Origin: Zoogloea sp.
GTDB taxonomy: Bacteria; Pseudomonadota; Gammaproteobacteria; Burkholderiales; Rhodocyclaceae
Direction of reading: 5' to 3'
Assembly: GCF_041914405.1 (NCBI RefSeq)
Contig: NZ_JAYSDK010000020.1
Location: 11,077 to 75,076, forward strand
DNA: 64,000 nt
This document shows positions 29,185 through 40,125 of this stretch, in pieces. Within the stretch, counting starts at the first letter, position 1. Every line of letters begins with the position of its first letter. Made by a program: the position numbers and the translations under genes. The notes beneath the pieces were generated by a model that was given only the letters and a program-made list of their open reading frames with translations, searched no databases and was not told where the DNA came from.

Positions 29185-30756
29185 ATGAAGAAGATGAACG
29201 CGATGGCCCAACTGGCGGTCGACCCTGTCGGGAAGCGTCCCGCTGGGGGGGCGCCACTGGGCAAAAACTCGGGGGGCAATGGGGGTGGGGGGGCTAAAAC
29301 ATCCGCCCTAGCGGTTTTTATCACGCGCCGGGGGCGAAGGAATTCGCCCCTACGGGTCGTGTTGCCCTGCCTTTTCCTGGCCGCATGTACCGTCGGCCCC
29401 GACTACGTGCGGCCGACGGTGGAAACCCCCGCGGCCTTCAAGGAGGCGGCCGGCGACTGGCGCCCGGCGAGCCCGCAGGACCCGGTTTCCGGCGATACCT
29501 GGTGGACGGTGTTCGGCGATCCGGTGCTCAACGGCCTGCAGGCCAAGGTGGACATCTCCAACCAGAACCTGCGCGCCGTCGAGGCCCAGTACCGCCAAGC
29601 TAGGGCGCTGGCCGATTCGGCCCGTTCGTCGTGGTTCCCGACCATCAACGGCACTTTCGGCGCGACGCGCTCGGCCAGCGCGGCGTCCACTGCCAGCGCC
29701 GGCAACGCGCCGCCGGTCAACAGCTTCAGCCTTGGCGCCACCGCCAGCTGGGAGGCCGACGTGTGGGGGCGCATCGCCCGTAACGTGGAGGCGGCCGACG
29801 AGCGGGTGCAGGCCAGCGAGGCGGATCTCGCTGCCGCCCGCCTGTCTGCCCATGCGACGCTGGCCCAGACCTACTTCCAGCTGCGCGCGGCGGACCGCCA
29901 GAAGGCGCTGCTCGACGCGGCGGTGGCGGCCTACGAGCGCTCCCTTGAACTGACCCGCAACCGTTACGCCGCCGGCGTCGCCACCAAGGCGGACGTGGCC
30001 CAGGCGGAAAGCCAGCTGCGCAGCACCCGCGCGTCGGCGCTGGATGCCGGCCTGTCGCGCAGCCAGTATGAGCACGCCATCGCGGTGCTGATCGGCCAGG
30101 CGCCGTCCAGCTTTGCGCTGCCGCCGGTGGCGGGCCCGCTTGCCGCCGCGCCGGTCACGCTGACGCTGCCGTCCACGCTGCTTGAGCGGCGCCCCGACAT
30201 CGCCGCCGCCGAGCGTCGTGTGGCCGCCGCCAACGCGGCTGTCGGCGCAGCCCAGGCGGCGCGCTTCCCGGTGCTCGGCCTGTCCGCATCCACCGGTTTT
30301 CGCCGCTCGCAGATCGAGGATCTGCTGACCGTGCCGAGCCGCTACTGGTCCCTCGGCCCGACGCTGGTGGCGACGTTGTTCGACGCGGGCGCCAAGAAGG
30401 CCGCGGTGGGCCAGGCTGTCGGCGTCTGGGAGCAGGCCGTGGCGACCTACCGACAGACCGTGCTGGCGGCGTTCCAGGAAGTGGAGGACAACCTCGCCGC
30501 GGTGCGCGTGCTGGAGGAGGCCGGCGTCGAGCAGGCCGCCGCCGTGTCCGCCGCTGCCGAGGCCGAGGCCATCGCCCTCAACCAGTACCGGGCCGGCACC
30601 GTCAGCTATCTCAACGTCGTCACCGCCCAAGCCACACACCTCAGCGCCCAGCGCAGCGCCAGCGATCTGGCGGCGCGCCGGCTGGTGGCGGCGGTGCTGC
30701 TGGCAAAGAACGCCGGTGGTGGGGTGGGCGGGAAGCTGCCGGAGGCGCGCAACTGA
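29185..30756 (+). CDS. Outer-membrane factor lipoprotein (NodT/OprM family) with an unusually long N-terminus
   Basis: Lipobox LFLAAC-TVGPDYVRP at residue 68; WEADVWGRI, LLERRPDIAAAERRV, AFQEVEDNL; in-frame TTG at 29179 overlaps the mdtC stop. Confidence 0.9.
   Translation: MKKMNAMAQLAVDPVGKRPAGGAPLGKNSGGNGGGGAKTSALAVFITRRGRRNSPLRVVLPCLFLAACTVGPDYVRPTVETPAAFKEAAGDWRPASPQDPVSGDTWWTVFGDPVLNGLQAKVDISNQNLRAVEAQYRQARALADSARSSWFPTINGTFGATRSASAASTASAGNAPPVNSFSLGATASWEADVWGRIARNVEAADERVQASEADLAAARLSAHATLAQTYFQLRAADRQKALLDAAVAAYERSLELTRNRYAAGVATKADVAQAESQLRSTRASALDAGLSRSQYEHAIAVLIGQAPSSFALPPVAGPLAAAPVTLTLPSTLLERRPDIAAAERRVAAANAAVGAAQAARFPVLGLSASTGFRRSQIEDLLTVPSRYWSLGPTLVATLFDAGAKKAAVGQAVGVWEQAVATYRQTVLAAFQEVEDNLAAVRVLEEAGVEQAAAVSAAAEAEAIALNQYRAGTVSYLNVVTAQATHLSAQRSASDLAARRLVAAVLLAKNAGGGVGGKLPEARN
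29331..29353. repeat. REP-like palindrome inside the outer-membrane factor signal region
   Basis: GGGGCGAAGGAATTCGCCCCTAC, near-identical to the 25971 and 43135 copies. Confidence 0.75.
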
Positions 30757-30798
30757 GTTAAGCGCGAACTTTCGTCATCGACGGACGTCCATCATGTA

Positions 30799-30813
30799 TG
30801 CTGCGGTGCAGCA
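30799..30813. promoter_or_regulatory. PhaR-like box TGCTGC-GGT-GCAGCA upstream of the patatin gene
   Basis: Perfect inverted repeat containing CTGC-N3-GCAG. Confidence 0.45.
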
Positions 30814-30850
30814 ATACGGGCCGCAGCACCTGAATGGAGGTATTCCGTCC

Positions 30851-31900
30851 ATGTTGAAGAAGCTTTGGAAGAGCCGGGACGTCGCCGCGTCTCCATCATT
30901 GAGCCTTGCACTGCAGGGCGGCGGGGCGCATGGCGCCTACACCTGGGGCGTGCTCGACCGCCTGCTGGAAGACGACTGGCAGATCGACGGCATCAGTGGG
31001 ACCAGCGCCGGCGCCATGAACGCCGTCGCGCTGGCTCAGGGCTGGACCCGAGGCGGCGCAGAGGGCGCGCGGGAGAGCCTGGCGGCGTTCTGGGAGGCGG
31101 TGTCCGATACCACGCCGTTCGAGCTGGACCTGCTGCACAGCCTCAATCCCGCCGGCGATGGCTCGCTGCCGGGGCCGGTGGGCATGATGATGGGCCTGAC
31201 CAAGGTCTTTTCGCCTTACCAGCTCAATCCCTTCGAACTCAACCCGCTGCGCGATGTGGTGCGTGCCCAGTTCGATTTCGAGCGTATCCGCCGGGACTGT
31301 CCGCTCAAGCTGTTCATCGCCGCGACCCGTGTGCGTACCGGCAAGGTCCGTCTGTTCCATACCCACGAGCTGAGTGAGGATGCGCTGCTCGCCTCGGCCT
31401 GTCTGCCGACCCTGCATCACACGGTGCAGATCGACGGGGAGGACTACTGGGACGGCGGCTTCACCGCCAATCCGGCGATCTATCCGCTGATGTACGAATG
31501 CGCCACGCCGGACATCCTGCTGGTGCTGCTCAATCCGCTGGTGCGTCCGGAGGCGCCGCGCAGCGCAGAAGAAATCGCGGCACGCAGCATGGAACTGGGT
31601 TTCTCGACGACCTTCCTGCGCGAGATGCGGATGATCGCCCACGCCCGCAGCTACATCGAGGAAGGCAGCAACTGGCTGCCTCAGGGGCGGCTGGAGCGCA
31701 AGCTGACCCGTCTGCGCTTCCACATGGTGGAGGCCGAGGAACTGGTGGATGCCGGTACTGCGAGCAAACTCAACGCCACGCGGGCCTTCCTGACCGAACT
31801 GCGCGACCTCGGGCGGGCCCGGGCTGCGCGCTGGATCCGTTCCCATCGCCAGGACGTCGGCGTGCGTCCGTCGATCAAGTTGGCCGAAGTCTTTGCCTGA
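30851..31900 (+). CDS. Patatin-like phospholipase/esterase
   Basis: TGGAGG RBS; LQGGGAHGAY (oxyanion), GTSAG (Ser nucleophile), WDGGF (Asp). Confidence 0.92.
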   Translation: MLKKLWKSRDVAASPSLSLALQGGGAHGAYTWGVLDRLLEDDWQIDGISGTSAGAMNAVALAQGWTRGGAEGARESLAAFWEAVSDTTPFELDLLHSLNPAGDGSLPGPVGMMMGLTKVFSPYQLNPFELNPLRDVVRAQFDFERIRRDCPLKLFIAATRVRTGKVRLFHTHELSEDALLASACLPTLHHTVQIDGEDYWDGGFTANPAIYPLMYECATPDILLVLLNPLVRPEAPRSAEEIAARSMELGFSTTFLREMRMIAHARSYIEEGSNWLPQGRLERKLTRLRFHMVEAEELVDAGTASKLNATRAFLTELRDLGRARAARWIRSHRQDVGVRPSIKLAEVFA

Positions 31901-31948
31901 GCTGCAGGCTGGGAGTATGAAAAAAGACCGTTTGCGTTTATTGCAGTC

Positions 31949-31975
31949 TCAAGACAACCCGTTTTGAGCCGTTAT
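31949..31975 (+). promoter_or_regulatory. Sigma28 (FliA)-type promoter of the MCP gene
   Basis: TCAAG-N14-GCCGTTAT versus TCAAG-N14-GCCGATAA. Confidence 0.6.
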
Positions 31976-32059
31976 CGGCAAGCTCTCCCTGACTGCAGGG
32001 TATGCCGCGCAGTTGCGGGCAGAGAGACCCGACAAACGCCAACAAAAGAATAAAGAGAC

Positions 32060-34081
32060 ATGCTCAAGCACAAGCCCCTGGTCCGGCAGGTCGTCCTGCT
32101 GTGCACCCTTGGTATCGCCCTGATGGTGGTCGTTCTGGTCGCCACCGTTGCTGTTTTGTCGCGCCAGAGTGCGTTGAAGAAGGCAGAGGAGTCCCTGGCC
32201 CAGCAGGCAGACATGACCGTCGCGATGCTGGCCTATGCCCAGGACGCCCTGAAGGCGCGGGCTGCCGATGCCGTCGTGCAGTTTGCCGCCAGCGTGCCCG
32301 GAACGCCGCACCTGACCGGCCGCGATATCCAGATGGGAAGCGAGGCCCTGCCTGAGCTGGCTATTGGCGGCACCGTCGTCAGCGCCAATGTGGCGATACT
32401 GCAGGACTATTCCAAGCGTTACGAGGATCGGGAGCCGTCCTTCCTGGTGCGCAAGGGCGACAGCTTCTACCGCGCGGTGACCCTGCTGAAAGGCAAGGAC
32501 GGTAACTACCGGCACGGAGAAAAGGTCGGCGCCGCGGGTGACTATCCGTCCGTCCTGCTGACCGGCAAGCCCTACCTGGGCGCCATCGAGCGTAACGGCA
32601 AGATGTTCGTGCTGGCGGCGAATCCGCTCAAGGATGCTGCCGGCAACGTGATCGGCGCGGTGACGATGCGCGTCGATGCGGAGAGCAACGTCAAACTGAT
32701 CAAGGAAAAGCTGGCGCAGATCCGTGTCGGCAAGACCGGCTATCCGTACATCGTGTCGGTACCCACCGGTGACGCCAAGGATGTGCGCTTCATCTATCAC
32801 CCCAAGTTCGAGGGCAAGTCCCTGGCCGACCTGGACCCGCGCACCCAGGGCATCATCAAGAGCCTGGTGGAGAAGCGCAACGGTACGCTGGTCTACAAGT
32901 GGGGTGATCCGGAGGCCGACAAGATGGTGGTCATCCGCGAACTGCCTGACCTGCACTGGATGGTGGCCAGTGGCTCCTGGGTGGACGAGTTTGTCGAGGA
33001 CGCCAATGGGCTGCGCAACGATATCGCGCTGCTGGCCGTGGCCTGTGGGGCATTGCTGATCCTGGCGCTGGGCTATTTCCTGCGCCTGCGCCTCAAGCCG
33101 CTGACACACCTGGCCGAACTGGTGTCGCGCTTTGGTAGTGGCGACCTGACCGTGCGCGCAGACGTGGATGCCCATAGCCGCAGCGAGATCGACCTGATCG
33201 GCAGCAGCATCAACACGGCTGCGGAGTCCATGCGCACGCTGAGCGGCAGCATCCGCCAGACCAGCGATCACCTGCAGCGCACCGCGCAGAACATGTCCGC
33301 GGCGTCCGAGGCGCTTGGGGACGCGACCCGTCGGCAGAGCGATTCCGCCAGCGCGATGGCCAGCACCACCGAGCAGCTGACGGTCAGCGTCGAACAGGTG
33401 GCCAGCAATGCATCCCATGCGCTGGAACTGACGCAGGAAACCTCACGGGCGGTGCAGGAAGGCGTCGGCTCGGTGCAGAGCAGTGTCGATCAGCTCAATG
33501 AAACCGCGCGCACCGTGCAGGCTGCGGCAACGCAGGTCGAGCAACTCGGCCAGCAGTCTGCGGAGATTCATCGGGTGCTCAACGCGATCCGCGACATTTC
33601 CGAGCAGACCAATTTGCTGGCCCTCAACGCCGCCATCGAGGCCGCTCGCGCTGGCGAGCAGGGGCGTGGCTTCGCGGTGGTGGCTGACGAGGTACGCAAG
33701 CTGGCCGAGCAGTCCGGCCAGTCCGCGTCGCTGATCGATTCCATCCTCAACAGCATTCAAGATGGCGTGGCCTCGGTGGCCAATTCCGCCCGCAAGGCGG
33801 TGGAGCAGGTGGATCGCAACGTAGTGGCCTCGCGCCAGGTTGGCGAGGCGCTGCAGTCCATCCATGAGCGCGCCGAGCGCACTTCCCAGGCTGTGGCCGA
33901 CATTGCCCGTGCGACGCGGGAGCAGACCCAGGCCAGCCAGACCATCGCTGGCGGCATCGACTCGGTGGCCCGTTCGGTCGCTGAAACCAGCCAGTCGGCG
34001 GCCTCCAATCGCAGCGAGGCCGCCGAGCTGCTGCGGGTCGCCCGTGATCTGGAAAGCGAGGTCGGGCGACTGCGCGTGTGA
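32060..34081 (+). CDS. Methyl-accepting chemotaxis protein with a tandem Cache periplasmic region
   Basis: Two TM helices; [11 protein letters not shown]...FIYHPK Cache motif; [38 protein letters not shown]. Confidence 0.94.
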   Translation: MLKHKPLVRQVVLLCTLGIALMVVVLVATVAVLSRQSALKKAEESLAQQADMTVAMLAYAQDALKARAADAVVQFAASVPGTPHLTGRDIQMGSEALPELAIGGTVVSANVAILQDYSKRYEDREPSFLVRKGDSFYRAVTLLKGKDGNYRHGEKVGAAGDYPSVLLTGKPYLGAIERNGKMFVLAANPLKDAAGNVIGAVTMRVDAESNVKLIKEKLAQIRVGKTGYPYIVSVPTGDAKDVRFIYHPKFEGKSLADLDPRTQGIIKSLVEKRNGTLVYKWGDPEADKMVVIRELPDLHWMVASGSWVDEFVEDANGLRNDIALLAVACGALLILALGYFLRLRLKPLTHLAELVSRFGSGDLTVRADVDAHSRSEIDLIGSSINTAAESMRTLSGSIRQTSDHLQRTAQNMSAASEALGDATRRQSDSASAMASTTEQLTVSVEQVASNASHALELTQETSRAVQEGVGSVQSSVDQLNETARTVQAAATQVEQLGQQSAEIHRVLNAIRDISEQTNLLALNAAIEAARAGEQGRGFAVVADEVRKLAEQSGQSASLIDSILNSIQDGVASVANSARKAVEQVDRNVVASRQVGEALQSIHERAERTSQAVADIARATREQTQASQTIAGGIDSVARSVAETSQSAASNRSEAAELLRVARDLESEVGRLRV

Positions 34082-34088
34082 CCCGAGC

Positions 34089-34859
34089 TCAGCCCATCAC
34101 CAGCGGGCTGACCAGCATCCACAGGGCGCTGAGCAGCAGCAGGCCAGAGAAGGCACGATGCATGGTCTTTTCCGGCAGGCGGTGGGCGAAGGCCACCCCG
34201 GCCGATACGGTGAACAGCCCGCTGGCAGCCATCGGCAGACCCATCGTCCAATTGACCCGGTGGGCGCCTGCATAGACGAGCAGTGCAATCAGCGAGCTGG
34301 GGGTGACCAGAGCCAGCGCGAAGGCCTGGGCAACGGTCTGGCGCAGGCCGAACAGACCGGTCAGCAGCGGCGTGGCGACCAGTCCGCCGCCGATGCCGAG
34401 CAGGCCCATGCTGCTGCCGCCGAGCAGTCCGACCAGAGGTACATGGCGTTCGTCTACCCGCGGTGCTGGGGCGGCGCCGCGGGAGCGGCCGGGGACGATG
34501 CGTTTGAGCGCCATGGCCAGCAGGAACAGCGAGAACAGTATCTTCAGTGTGGCCGGGTCCAGCGCGTTGGCGAAATGCGCGGTGCCCCAGGTGGTGAGCA
34601 TGGCGATCACACCGATCGCCAGCGCGCGCCGGAAGGGCACCGGGTGGCGCTGGCTGTAGCGCCACCAGCCGACCATCAGGTTGGGCACCATCATCACCAG
34701 CGCCGTGCCCTGGGCCAGCGGCTGCTCCATGCCGTAGCCGATGACGAACAGCGGGATCGCGATGATGCCGCCGCCGATGCCGAACATGCCGCCGAAGAAA
34801 CCGAGGGCGGCGCCGAGGATCAGGGCTGGAAGAAATGCGAGGAGTTCAGGGATGGGCAT
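34089..34859 (-). CDS. TauE/SafE-family membrane transporter
   Basis: Repeated GFFGGMFGIGGGIIAIP / GLLGIGGGLVATP halves; about 8 TM helices. Confidence 0.88.
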   Translation of the reverse strand: MPIPELLAFLPALILGAALGFFGGMFGIGGGIIAIPLFVIGYGMEQPLAQGTALVMMVPNLMVGWWRYSQRHPVPFRRALAIGVIAMLTTWGTAHFANALDPATLKILFSLFLLAMALKRIVPGRSRGAAPAPRVDERHVPLVGLLGGSSMGLLGIGGGLVATPLLTGLFGLRQTVAQAFALALVTPSSLIALLVYAGAHRVNWTMGLPMAASGLFTVSAGVAFAHRLPEKTMHRAFSGLLLLSALWMLVSPLVMG

Positions 34860-34955
34860 GGTGGTTCGGAACGGAAAATCCGGAACCCATCTTAAGGCGT
34901 GCTACCGGAGATACAATGCCTTAGAGTTAATTTGATCCGTACCTAAAACGCACGA

Positions 34956-35876
34956 ATGCAGGATTCATCCGATCTGGCCTTCTTTGCCGTCGTCGCCCGC
35001 CAGGACAGCCTGGCTGCTGCTGCGGCCGAACTGGGCGTCACCCCGCCGGCGGTGAGCCGCCGTCTGGCGGCGCTGGAGGCGCGCCTCGGCGTGCGTCTGC
35101 TCAATCGCACGACGCGGCGCCAGAGCCTTACGCCGGAAGGGGAGCGCTACCTCGACGAAGGCGCGCGGATCCTGCGCGACATCGAAACCCTTGAGCGTGG
35201 CCTGTCGGCCAGCCGCGAGCAAGCCCGTGGCCTGTTGCGCGTGAATGCGACGCTGGGCTTCGGGCGTTGCCACCTGGCGCCGGCCATTGCCGATTTCGCG
35301 CTGCGCTACCCGGAGGTGGAGGTGATCCTGCAACTCACCGACCGGCCGCTGGATCTGACTGCGACCGCCACCGACGTCGGGGTACGCTTCGGCGCACCGC
35401 CGGATACCCGCGTACTGGCCCGGCGGATTGCCGCCAACCGGCGCCTGCTGTGTGCATCGCCGGCTTATCTGGCGGCGAGTGGCGAGCCGGCCGATCCGCA
35501 GGAGCTGGCCCGTCACCGCTGCATCGTGATCCGCGAGAACACCCGCGCCTATAACAGCTGGGAACTGGCCAACGGAGAAAAGCAGATCACCGTGAAGGTG
35601 CGTGGTGGGCTGAGCAGCAACCATGGCGAAGTGGCGGTGAGTTGGGCGCTGGCCGGCCACGGCATCGTGCTGCGTTCGGAATGGGACGTGGCGCCGCATC
35701 TGCGCAGCGGCGAACTGCGGCGCGTGCTGGCGCCTTGGGTCGGGGCGGTGGCGGACATCCACGCCGTCTACCCCCAGCGTCACCTGCTCAGCGCAAAGGT
35801 GAAGGTTTTCGTGGATTTCCTGGCCGAGCGTTTTGCCGCCTACCGGCCGGAGGCGGACGAAACGTCTTCCTGGTAG
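34956..35876 (+). CDS. LysR-family regulator (CrgA/DmlR-like)
   Basis: SLAAAAAELGVTPPAVSRRLAALEARLGVRLLNRTTR; C-terminal LLSAKVKVFVDFL; divergent from TauE. Confidence 0.94.
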   Translation: MQDSSDLAFFAVVARQDSLAAAAAELGVTPPAVSRRLAALEARLGVRLLNRTTRRQSLTPEGERYLDEGARILRDIETLERGLSASREQARGLLRVNATLGFGRCHLAPAIADFALRYPEVEVILQLTDRPLDLTATATDVGVRFGAPPDTRVLARRIAANRRLLCASPAYLAASGEPADPQELARHRCIVIRENTRAYNSWELANGEKQITVKVRGGLSSNHGEVAVSWALAGHGIVLRSEWDVAPHLRSGELRRVLAPWVGAVADIHAVYPQRHLLSAKVKVFVDFLAERFAAYRPEADETSSW

Positions 35877-35883
35877 GCGTGGT

Positions 35884-36996
35884 TCAGGCGACTAGCAGGG
35901 TCGGCGGGATGTCCTGCAGCGTGCGGCAGCCGCACAAGGCCATGGCGATTTCCAGTTCGTCGCGCAGCAGGCGGATCACGTGGGCGACACCGAGGGCGCC
36001 GGCATTGGCCAGGCCGAAGATGTAGGGCCGGCCGATCAGTACTGCGCTGGCGCCGAGGGCCATCGCTTTCAGTATGTCAGTGCCGCGGCGGATGCCGCCG
36101 TCCACCAGCACCGGCAGGCTGTCGCCCACCGCATGCACGATCGACGGCAGTGCGGTGGCGGTGGGCAGGCTGGTGTCGAGGGTGCGTCCGCCGTGGTTGG
36201 AGACGATCAGGCCGCCGACCTGCAGGCGCGCCGCTTCTCGGGCGTCCTCCGGATCGAGGATGCCCTTCAGGATGACTGGCAGGCGGGTGTTGGCCTGCAG
36301 CCAGGCGACGTCGTCCCAGCCCGGCGCGTCGAGCAGCAGATCGTCGAAGAGGCCACTGGCTCCAGGGGCAAGGGGACGGGCGAGGCGGGGTGGTAGGCTG
36401 TCCAGATTCACCGCCCGGACGCCCGGCGGCAGGCGGAAGCCGGCGCGGCGCTCCCTGTCCCGGGCGCCGTGGCAGGGCGCGTCCACGGTCAGTACCAGGG
36501 CTTCGTAGCCGGCGGCTTCGGCGCGGCGCACCAGTTCCAGGTTGAAGCCCTTGTCGTGTTGCAGGTAGAGCTGGAACCACAGCGGTCCGCGGTCCGGGTC
36601 GTCGCGGACGGCGTCGGCGATGCTCTCCAGCGGCAGGCTGGCCTGGGTGCTGAGCACCAGCCCGGCCCGCTGGGCGGCGGCGGCGCAGGCCGTGGCGAGT
36701 TCGCCGTCCGGATGGGCCATGCGCTGGAAGGCCACCGGCGCGAGGAGGATCGGGTGGGCCATTTCGCGGCCGAGGAGCGGCACCCGGGTATGGCCGCCGG
36801 CCAGTGGGCGCAGTACGCGGGGGCGCAGGTGCAGGGCGTTCCAGGCTTCGCGGTTGTCGGCGAGGCTCAGCTCGTCGGCGGCGCCGCCGGCAAAGTAGGC
36901 CCACGCGTTGGCGTCGAGCACGCTGCGGGCGTGGGCTTCGTGGTCGCCGAGGCTGACTACGCCGGGCGGCAGGGTGTCGATGCGCGGTGCGTTCAC
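35884..36996 (-). CDS. FMN-dependent alpha-hydroxy-acid oxidase/dehydrogenase
   Basis: GTGA overlap with PiuC; [46 protein letters not shown]. Confidence 0.92.
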   Translation of the reverse strand: MNAPRIDTLPPGVVSLGDHEAHARSVLDANAWAYFAGGAADELSLADNREAWNALHLRPRVLRPLAGGHTRVPLLGREMAHPILLAPVAFQRMAHPDGELATACAAAAQRAGLVLSTQASLPLESIADAVRDDPDRGPLWFQLYLQHDKGFNLELVRRAEAAGYEALVLTVDAPCHGARDRERRAGFRLPPGVRAVNLDSLPPRLARPLAPGASGLFDDLLLDAPGWDDVAWLQANTRLPVILKGILDPEDAREAARLQVGGLIVSNHGGRTLDTSLPTATALPSIVHAVGDSLPVLVDGGIRRGTDILKAMALGASAVLIGRPYIFGLANAGALGVAHVIRLLRDELEIAMALCGCRTLQDIPPTLLVA

Positions 36997-37673
36997 GTGT
37001 CGGTCCACATGCGCAGGAGGTTGTGATAAGTGCCGGTGATGGCGACCGCTTCGTCGCATTCTCCGTGCTTTTGGCGCAGGCGCATCAGCGCCATGTCCAG
37101 GTCGAACAGCAGGCGGCGCTGTTCGTCGCTGCGCACCATGCTCTCGATCCAGAAGAAGCAGGCGATGCGGCGCCCGCGGGTGACCGGCGTGACCTGGTGG
37201 ATGCTGGTGCCGGGATAGAGCACGGCGTGGCCGGCCGGCAGCTTGACGCTGCGGCTGCCGTAAGTGTCCTGCACCTGAAGTTCGCCGCCGTCGTATTCGT
37301 CCGGATCGGACAGAAACACCGTGCACGAGACGTCGGTGCGTACCCGCTGGCCGTCGGCAGTGAAGCGGACGGCGTTGTCCACGTGGGCGCCGTAGAAGGG
37401 CGTGTCGCCGCCGTAGCGGTTGATGCGGGGAGTGAAGATCTTCTTCGGCAGTGCGGCGGTCAGGAACAGCGGATGGCGCTCGACGCGGCTCTGGACCAGC
37501 CCGCGGATCGCCTCGGCGGCGGCGCAGTCGTGGGGCAGTTGCTGGTTGTTCTTGACCTGGGCGGCCTGGGGGCCGGCGCTTTCGCGGCCGTCGGTCCAGG
37601 GCGCGTCGGCCAGCAGCTGGCGGGCCTGGCGGACTTCGTCGCGGCTGAGGACGTCCGGTATCTGCAGGAGCAT
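36993..37673 (-). CDS. piuC: PKHD-type Fe(II)/2-oxoglutarate dioxygenase (PiuC/YbiX)
   Basis: [60 protein letters not shown]. Confidence 0.92.
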   Translation of the reverse strand: MLLQIPDVLSRDEVRQARQLLADAPWTDGRESAGPQAAQVKNNQQLPHDCAAAEAIRGLVQSRVERHPLFLTAALPKKIFTPRINRYGGDTPFYGAHVDNAVRFTADGQRVRTDVSCTVFLSDPDEYDGGELQVQDTYGSRSVKLPAGHAVLYPGTSIHQVTPVTRGRRIACFFWIESMVRSDEQRRLLFDLDMALMRLRQKHGECDEAVAITGTYHNLLRMWTDT

Positions 37674-37727
37674 GGCGGGTTCCCGTAAGGAAAGCGGGCG
37701 GACGCGATGTCCGCCCGTGGGGGCGAC

Positions 37728-40010
37728 CTAGAACTTGAAGGTCGAGGTCAGCATGTACAGCCGGCCAGCCCCGGGCACGTAGAACGACGTGTAGAGGGAG
37801 TCGGCGTACAGCTTGTTGGTGATGTTGGTGACGTTGGCCTTGAGGATGAACTTCTCGGGGATCACCGCGTATTCCGCCATCAGGTCAGCCGTCGCATAGC
37901 CTTCCGAGTACCAGCCCGGGTTGCGGTTGGGCGTCATCTTGCTGCGGAAGTTGACGCCGCCACCGGCACGGAGTTTCTCGGTGAACTGGTAGGTGGACCA
38001 CAAGGAGCCCGAATGCTTCGGCACCAGCGACGGGCGAGAACCCTGGGCTTCGCCGTCCGGGGCGCCCTTGTCGATCTCGGCGTCCCAGATCCACATGTAG
38101 GAGCCCCACAGTTCCCAGCGCGGCGTGATGCGGCCGGTGAAGTCGAATTCGGCGCCGGTGGAGTGGCGCTTGCCGGACAGCACGGACAGGTTGATCAGCG
38201 GGTCGGTGTTGCGCTCGTTGAGCTTGACCGAGCGGAACAGGGCGTAGCGGGTGCTGAAGCGGCGGTCGGCGGAGTCGATCTTGGCGCCGAGCTCCAGGTT
38301 CATGCTCTTCTCAGGCGGCGTGTTCTCGTTCAGCGTGCTGTACGAGTAGGTGTCGCCGGACGTGTTGAACGAGTTGGCGTAGGACAGGTGGAAGGACTGC
38401 AGGGGGCTCGGCTGGTAAAGCGCACCGACCCGCTGGCTCCACTTGTAGATCGATTGCTGGAAGTTGGTGATCGCCTTGGTGGTCAGATTGAACTGGTCGT
38501 AGGTGCCGGACATGGCGTCGTAGCGGACGCCGCCGAGCAGCTTCCAGTGATCGGCAACCTGGATCAGGTCCTGGGCGTAGAGGCCGCCGGACAGGCTCTC
38601 GAATTCGCTGCTCTTGGCGATGCTGCGGATGCTCTCGTCCACGGTGGCACCATCGAAGGGCGTGCCGATGGTGGTATTGGCCTTGGCTGGCACCACGCCG
38701 CCCTGGGCTGCGTTGAGCGCGCCGTAGACCCGCTTGCGCTCCCACGCGAAATCGACGCCGGTGAGTGCTTCATGCTTGAAGCCGAAGGCGTTGAACTTGG
38801 AGGACAGGTCGCTCTGGGCGAAGAAGTTCTCCATGCTCTGCATCTTGAGGTTGGTGCCGCGGGTCACCACGGTGCCGTCGCTCAGGGTGGCCAGACTGGC
38901 GGCCAGGCTACCGGGCTGGAGCGCGGCGGCGGCGAAGCGCAGGGAGCTGGCCCGCTGGTCGCGCTGGAAGTCACCCTTGCGGAACTTGGTGACCAGCTCG
39001 GTATCGGCGGAAAAGCGGTGGGTGTGGATCAGCGTGGCGTAGTTGGCGGTGCCTTTGTTGTAGTCGCTGGCCATCCCGTAGTAGGTCTTGGGATCGAGCG
39101 GCAGCATGCCGGTGGATGATACCGGCGAGGTGGCCGTCGGGCGGACCCACGGCAGGCCGTAGTTGATGCCGTTCTTGTTGTCGAGGTGGTAGTAGCCGAC
39201 TTCGAATTCGTCGGTGGTGCCGATGCCCCAGCGGTAGTCGGCAGCGAAGCCCTGCTTGTCGATGCTGGCGCCGGCGCCGTTGTTGTCGGCGATGGTGCGC
39301 ATCGCGTTGAAGCGGAAGGCCTCGTTGTCGCCGGTGCGCACGTTGAGGTCGGCGACGGCGCGACGGTAGTTGTGGCTGCCGAGGGTCACGTCGACCTGGT
39401 TCTCGCCGTACAGCTGGGCCTGCTTGTTGACCTGGTTGACCGCGCCGCCGGTGGAGCCGCGGCCGAACAGCATGGAGGCGGAGCCGCGCAGCACTTCGAG
39501 GCGGTCCAGGTTGAAGGTGTCGCGGTCGTAGAACGCCGGGTCGCGCATGCCGTCGATGAACAGGTCGCCGGTGGTGTTGATCGGGAAGCCGCGCATGCGG
39601 ATATCTTCCTCGCCGCCCTCGGCCGCCAGGAAGGTGATGCCGGCGGTGGCCTTGAGGGCTTCCTTCACGGTGTCGATCTTGCGGTCGTCGATGAGCTTCT
39701 CGGTGACCACGGTGATCGACTGGGGAATATCGCGCAACTGTTGCTGGCCCTTGCCGATGCGGGTGGTGGTGGTACGCAGGCTGTCCTTGCCCTGTTCGGC
39801 TTCGGCAGCGGCCTTCACGACTACCGGCTTGAGGGTCTTCACGTCATCCTCGGCGGCGGGCGTCTGGGCCCAGCCGTTCATCGAGGCGGCGAACATCATC
39901 GCGCCGAGGGGCAGGATGGCGCGTTCGGCGGTGTTGCTGGTGGCTTGCTCCGGGGCAGTGGTGCAGTGCGGGGGGTGAAAGCTCTGGTGACGGGTTTTAG
40001 TGCGTGCCAA
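37728..40010 (-). CDS. TonB-dependent receptor, Fiu/PiuA-like
   Basis: LRDIPQSITVV, RDPAFYDRDTFNLDRLEVLRGSASMLFGRGSTGG; terminal Phe; adjacent to piuC. Confidence 0.92.
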   Translation of the reverse strand: MARTKTRHQSFHPPHCTTAPEQATSNTAERAILPLGAMMFAASMNGWAQTPAAEDDVKTLKPVVVKAAAEAEQGKDSLRTTTTRIGKGQQQLRDIPQSITVVTEKLIDDRKIDTVKEALKATAGITFLAAEGGEEDIRMRGFPINTTGDLFIDGMRDPAFYDRDTFNLDRLEVLRGSASMLFGRGSTGGAVNQVNKQAQLYGENQVDVTLGSHNYRRAVADLNVRTGDNEAFRFNAMRTIADNNGAGASIDKQGFAADYRWGIGTTDEFEVGYYHLDNKNGINYGLPWVRPTATSPVSSTGMLPLDPKTYYGMASDYNKGTANYATLIHTHRFSADTELVTKFRKGDFQRDQRASSLRFAAAALQPGSLAASLATLSDGTVVTRGTNLKMQSMENFFAQSDLSSKFNAFGFKHEALTGVDFAWERKRVYGALNAAQGGVVPAKANTTIGTPFDGATVDESIRSIAKSSEFESLSGGLYAQDLIQVADHWKLLGGVRYDAMSGTYDQFNLTTKAITNFQQSIYKWSQRVGALYQPSPLQSFHLSYANSFNTSGDTYSYSTLNENTPPEKSMNLELGAKIDSADRRFSTRYALFRSVKLNERNTDPLINLSVLSGKRHSTGAEFDFTGRITPRWELWGSYMWIWDAEIDKGAPDGEAQGSRPSLVPKHSGSLWSTYQFTEKLRAGGGVNFRSKMTPNRNPGWYSEGYATADLMAEYAVIPEKFILKANVTNITNKLYADSLYTSFYVPGAGRLYMLTSTFKF

Positions 40011-40125
40011 TTTGGCCTCCTGGGATGAATGTCGCCCGGTGGGGCGGTGGAATTCAGGACCTGAGGCTGGCTGGCTTGGCTAGCGCATGGCTGGCTTGCC
40101 CGAAGGATCTGTGTGCAACTTTAAC

